In this document: piece by piece, positions 28,413 through 32,000 of the stretch
Numbering within the stretch: the first letter of the stretch is position 1
Layout of the letters: the number at the start of each line of letters is the position of its first letter
NCBI GenBank assembly: GCA_964648855.1
Contig: CAZYLT010000002.1
Span: 1 to 32,000, forward strand
From: an uncultured archaeon
Lineage (GTDB): Archaea > Asgardarchaeota > Thorarchaeia > Thorarchaeales > Thorarchaeaceae
Direction: 5' to 3'
Length of the DNA: 32,000 nucleotides
Position numbers and translations under genes: made by a program
Notes under the pieces: model-generated
Told to the model about the DNA's origin: nothing
Databases searched by the model: none
The model's input: only the letters and a program-made list of their open reading frames with translations

Positions 28413-29338
28413 TGCATGACCTCCCTATACGCATCCTCCAACGTGCTGGCTTGGTTAACAGCATAGATTTCGATATTCAGTCCCTTCGCCACGGCTTTAA
28501 CATCAGATTCAACCTTCTCTCTATTGCCTTGTTGAATTTCCACTGTTATTGTATTAGTGCCACTTAGCACGCAATTGTGTACGCCCCTCATATTCCGCAC
28601 CTCATTCAATAGCGAACGAGGATCAGAGGCGACTATTCGATATGAGTGTGCAGTACGTTTCCTGACGATGTCCAACATTTTACCCTTTTCAATCACCCTC
28701 CCCTCTTTAATGAAGGCCACATCATGACAGGCACGTTCAAGCTCAGAGAGAATATGCGATGAGATGAAGAATGATATTCCCCTCTGATGATTCAACTCCA
28801 TCACTAGTTTTAGAATCTCACTTCGTCCTGCTACATCCAAGTTTGAGGTTGGTTCATCGAGAAACACCAGTTCGGGATTGCCAATGAGAGCTTGGGCAAT
28901 GCCCAAACGTTGATGCATGCCAGCCGAAAGCGCCCCGATTTTTCTGTTTCCTTCTTGATCCAAGCCAACTGCTGCAAGAAGGTCCTCGGGAGCTTGGGGG
29001 TTCTTAAACAGTCTCTTGATATGATACAAGAACCCAAGAGCGGTCATATGTTTCGGGAATGATGGGTTCTCATGTAATATGCCTATTCTTCGTCGAATTT
29101 CAATGCTGTCCTCAGATACGTCCAATCCGAAAATTTCAGCAGTTCCAGAATCAGCTCTAAGGAGACCCAAAAGGATTCGTAGGAATGTCGTCTTCCCTGC
29201 TCCATTTGGACCCACGAGCCCAAAGATGCCCGGATTCACTTCAATGCTAAACCCCTCAAGAGCTAGAGTTCCATTGAATTCTTTATTCAAACTCTCGGCC
29301 ATAACTAATGGCAGTCCCATCTCTCTGAAATCTCCCAT
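28409..29338 (-). CDS. ABC transporter ATP-binding protein (exporter type)
   Basis: Walker A GPNGAGKTT, signature LSAGMHQR, Walker B VFLDEPT, H-loop SSHIL. Confidence 0.96.
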   Translation of the reverse strand: MGDFREMGLPLVMAESLNKEFNGTLALEGFSIEVNPGIFGLVGPNGAGKTTFLRILLGLLRADSGTAEIFGLDVSEDSIEIRRRIGILHENPSFPKHMTALGFLYHIKRLFKNPQAPEDLLAAVGLDQEGNRKIGALSAGMHQRLGIAQALIGNPELVFLDEPTSNLDVAGRSEILKLVMELNHQRGISFFISSHILSELERACHDVAFIKEGRVIEKGKMLDIVRKRTAHSYRIVASDPRSLLNEVRNMRGVHNCVLSGTNTITVEIQQGNREKVESDVKAVAKGLNIEIYAVNQASTLEDAYREVMQ

Positions 29339-29417
29339 TAATGTACACCATAATTGTCGTGTTTTAATTCTTTTCTCGCATAAAAGGAATAAATGGAGGT
29401 ATCACCTCCATTTTATA

Positions 29418-29936
29418 CTACTCATAATACACCCAAAGTACCGGCTCATTTCCAAAATACCATGTATGATCGCTATCAAATATTCCTCGGCCACAATCAA
29501 TAAAATGTACTTGGAATATTGAGGAAGTTGGATCACTTAAATCTTCCATCCAATCACCTTTCTGATAGTCGCAATATGCCACAAATGTCCAACTACCACT
29601 TGATCCCCACCGATATTCGATTAGCAGACTTTCATGGTACGGCCAACCAGGATTGCATCCATCGTAGTCAATGTGCAGTTTATAGGAATCACCATCTTGC
29701 GGAATGCTGGTCATCTCAAAGATGAGATCACATCCATAGGTCGTACCTATGTCGGCCTCATTAGCTCGTTCGTTATAACTATCCCACGACCCATATGTTT
29801 CTGATGGGTTGCTGTCCTGATAGCTCTCTGAATCTGACCATGCAACTACTGGCATAACAAACATACTCACTACAAGGAGAAAGGCACCCAGTACCACCAT
29901 GCGTTGTCTTATACGATTCACCCCCTTCAAAGACAT
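29418..29936 (-). CDS. secreted hypothetical protein (172 aa, Trp/Tyr/Cys-rich, probably beta-sandwich)
   Basis: Signal peptide ending VVA-W; first gene of the ABC module; TATA-like TTTATA upstream. Confidence 0.8.
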   Translation of the reverse strand: MSLKGVNRIRQRMVVLGAFLLVVSMFVMPVVAWSDSESYQDSNPSETYGSWDSYNERANEADIGTTYGCDLIFEMTSIPQDGDSYKLHIDYDGCNPGWPYHESLLIEYRWGSSGSWTFVAYCDYQKGDWMEDLSDPTSSIFQVHFIDCGRGIFDSDHTWYFGNEPVLWVYYE

Positions 29937-30234
29937 ATACCCTATTTATCGCCTATCTCTATAAATACTCCGAGGAAAAACGAACGAAAATATAAGCACA
30001 ATCAATTGGTCGATGAGAATAGGAAAACAACAAAGCTTCTACTGTGATGCATGTACTCTGGTAAACTCAACATGTTCCTGATGATATTGCAGAGGTTGCA
30101 TAATTATCTGGCACACCTGTTTCTATAAGAAAACCCTCATTCACAGGAGCTACCCACTCAGCCTGCGGTTGACATGTTGACCCTTTTTATGCCCGTCCTA
30201 ATGGACAAACTGCCGGTTTCATTAAGAATGCGGT

Positions 30235-30480
30235 TCCTCTATCTGCACATGCGTCAGAATCCAGCTATCCAAAAACGGCAAGCAGGTGACCGCTTTTATC
30301 CCAGGCGACGGCGGCCTCAAGTATATTGACGAACACGACGAGGTCATCATCGAGGGAATCGGTGGAGCCACAGGCGGAGCAATGGGTGATCTGCCGGGTG
30401 TCCGGTTCAAAGTGGTGAAGGTAAACGGTGTGGGCTTAGACTCGCTCATCTACGGACGGGCTGAAAAGCCAATCAGGTAG
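30235..30480 (+). pseudogene. rps12: 3' fragment of rps12, copy 3 (degenerate SSICT, then [11 protein letters not shown] to stop)
   Basis: Colinear with the 3' part of 16705-17148; no start codon or N-terminus. Confidence 0.92.
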
Positions 30481-30519
30481 CCTGGTTATCAATTCAAGTA
30501 TTTCATGGCCAGAACAATA

Positions 30520-30606
30520 TGTATGAGCATAAATTCTGTTGTCCGACTATCAGTGTATGAAAAAGTTTCTTGACTGCTTGATAATAGGAGAGTCTCTCTC
30601 GCTTCA
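30520..30606 (+). repeat. 87-bp conserved element, copy 2
   Basis: Matches 17188-17274; again 40 nt after an rps12 stop. Confidence 0.9.
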
Positions 30607-30653
30607 ATATACGAGGAAGTTTAGTTCCCTTAGTAGTTGACATGCATTTGATT

Positions 30654-31145
30654 TTAACGAGATGTGATGCGTTCTATGATTTTGTGCCCATGGAGTATCA
30701 AGCCTAGAAGCGATAGAATACCCCCTGCTATAGTTAAACGGGTATTGAAACCAGTCTTGTCTATTACAATATCCAGCTCGAGATAGTCATCGGTCTTGGC
30801 TGTAAAAACAAATGCATAGATATCGGGGGCAGAAATGTCTATCACCTCATTGAAGGATGTCAAATTCTCCTGGACAAGAATCGGTTCAATGATGGAGAGG
30901 GACTGGTTCTGCCCCACCGTCTTGTTTGCATCTTCGCCGTAAACAAAGTACAGTGTAAAGCTACCATTTCCGCGCCCGATCTCAAGCTTCACATGAATAT
31001 CCCTATCTGTTGCAAAAATGACTCCGGCCGGGTTTCCCTCTTCCACATGCAGAGTTCTGCTCTCTATGTTCCTTCCGGCAACAATAGATGACAAAAGCGC
31101 AACCAGTCCAATGGTGAGGAGTATTTTTCCAAGTCTTGTGGACAC
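30654..31145 (-). CDS. membrane protein associated with an ABC-2 transporter (likely start GTG 31145), paralog of 27100-27606
   Basis: Two terminal TM helices; SD GAGGTG upstream; shared extracellular motif with the paralog. Confidence 0.75.
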   Translation of the reverse strand: MSTRLGKILLTIGLVALLSSIVAGRNIESRTLHVEEGNPAGVIFATDRDIHVKLEIGRGNGSFTLYFVYGEDANKTVGQNQSLSIIEPILVQENLTSFNEVIDISAPDIYAFVFTAKTDDYLELDIVIDKTGFNTRLTIAGGILSLLGLILHGHKIIERITSR

Positions 31146-31149
31146 CCTT

Positions 31150-31929
31150 TCACACCTCCGCTCTTTTGAAGAGATACAGGCTTGCAATGAACAGAGATAT
31201 TGAGAACCCTAATGCTGTAACCAGCCCCAGAAATACATCTCCTGAAGATGCTGCGCCAGGCAGATCCCGGAGGTGTTCTGTCGCCGCCCGTAGTGGATTC
31301 ATAACTGAGAGTAATAGCGGTGACACATCTGGGCTCCCGAGAAAGAGATTCACTATCAACCAAAAACCGATGCCAAAGAGAGATGCAATCGAGAGGCGTT
31401 TGAAGAAGACAGCTATTACTGCACATACTGCCGCCTGAAGTGCAACCGTCACCCACAGGGAAACAAGTGTAAGACTCAACTCGTAAACAGAAGGAAATCC
31501 GGGATATACGGAAACCACGGCAAACAGAAATGCACCTGAGAGCGTCCCAGCTGGTATTAGAATCGCAAACAAAGTTTTGTTCAATAATACTGACGTTCGT
31601 CTGATAGGATAGGTGATTAATGACCTCATGTATCCGTCTTCGAAGGGTTTTGCAATGGAGAGAGCAGCTAGTAAGGGCACTAAGATTGCCAGCCATGATG
31701 AAAAGACTCCCACCCCATAGAAGATTCTACTAGGAATCAATCCATCCAAGATGATGTTGATTCTGTCAATTTGTCCAACCCCAAATGGCATTGCGGTCCA
31801 ACCACCCGTTGTGTTCCAAACGATTACAAAGAAGAAGATGGCAACAAGTCCCTCAAGCATGGGAAACCGATAGGTGATATTGAGTTCAATGCGTGCCAGA
31901 CGAATGACGTTACTCAGTCTGTTCTTCAT
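31150..31929 (-). CDS. ABC-2 type transporter permease (paralog of 27603-28412)
   Basis: FEDGYMRSLITYPIRR motif; multiple TM segments. Confidence 0.88.
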   Translation of the reverse strand: MKNRLSNVIRLARIELNITYRFPMLEGLVAIFFFVIVWNTTGGWTAMPFGVGQIDRINIILDGLIPSRIFYGVGVFSSWLAILVPLLAALSIAKPFEDGYMRSLITYPIRRTSVLLNKTLFAILIPAGTLSGAFLFAVVSVYPGFPSVYELSLTLVSLWVTVALQAAVCAVIAVFFKRLSIASLFGIGFWLIVNLFLGSPDVSPLLLSVMNPLRAATEHLRDLPGAASSGDVFLGLVTALGFSISLFIASLYLFKRAEV

Positions 31930-32000
31930 GTGATCACATCCCAGAAGGCGTCCTCCAGAGTTGCAGCCCGCTCCATGCTGTATAATTCTACGCTCAACGA
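31926..32000 (-). CDS. C-terminal end of an ABC transporter ATP-binding protein (partial, extends beyond window)
   Basis: Reads SLSVELYSMERAATLEDAFWDVIT-stop, matching IEIYAVNQASTLEDAYREVMQ of 28409-29338; ATGA overlap with the permease. Confidence 0.8.
   Translation of the reverse strand, partial: SLSVELYSMERAATLEDAFWDVIT

Larger units (their letters stand above)
23795..30234. mobile_element. cargo island 2 between rps12 fragments 2 and 3
   Basis: Bounded by rps12 3' repeats. Carries the small ORF paralog, an SBBP protein, an ABC-2 module and a secreted protein. Confidence 0.7.

Overview
Archaeal chromosomal segment, probably Asgard/Thorarchaeia-like (inferred from gene style, not proven). 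It is built around the RNA polymerase/ribosomal cluster rpoB (undivided)-rpoA1-rpoA2-rpl30e-nusA-rps12. Upstream lie a structured GC-rich RNA cut by the window edge, SIS and DinB genes, and two intron-containing tRNAs (Asp-GTC, intron at 37/38; Lys-TTT, intron at 59/60). Two things stand out. (1) The only complete rpoA2 (Rpo1C/A'') is interrupted inside the trigger-loop motif QMTLRT-FH by a 30-nt hairpin with two in-frame stops. It folds as a relaxed bulge-helix-bulge (BHB) whose standard cut sites exactly restore ACA TTT CAC (T-F-H), so it is a candidate mRNA intron in an essential RNAP subunit. A second, synonymously recoded exon-1 copy ends at the same nucleotide 5.5 kb upstream, separated by a 1418-aa unknown ORF. 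(2) Downstream of rps12 is a tandem series of cargo islands (about 6.65 kb period), each bounded by a synonymously diverged 3' fragment of rps12. They share a small ORF family and an 87-bp element, and carry secreted proteases, SBBP-type surface proteins and ABC-2 export modules. No integrase is visible. Together these suggest a cargo-insertion system that targets essential housekeeping genes and replaces part of them.
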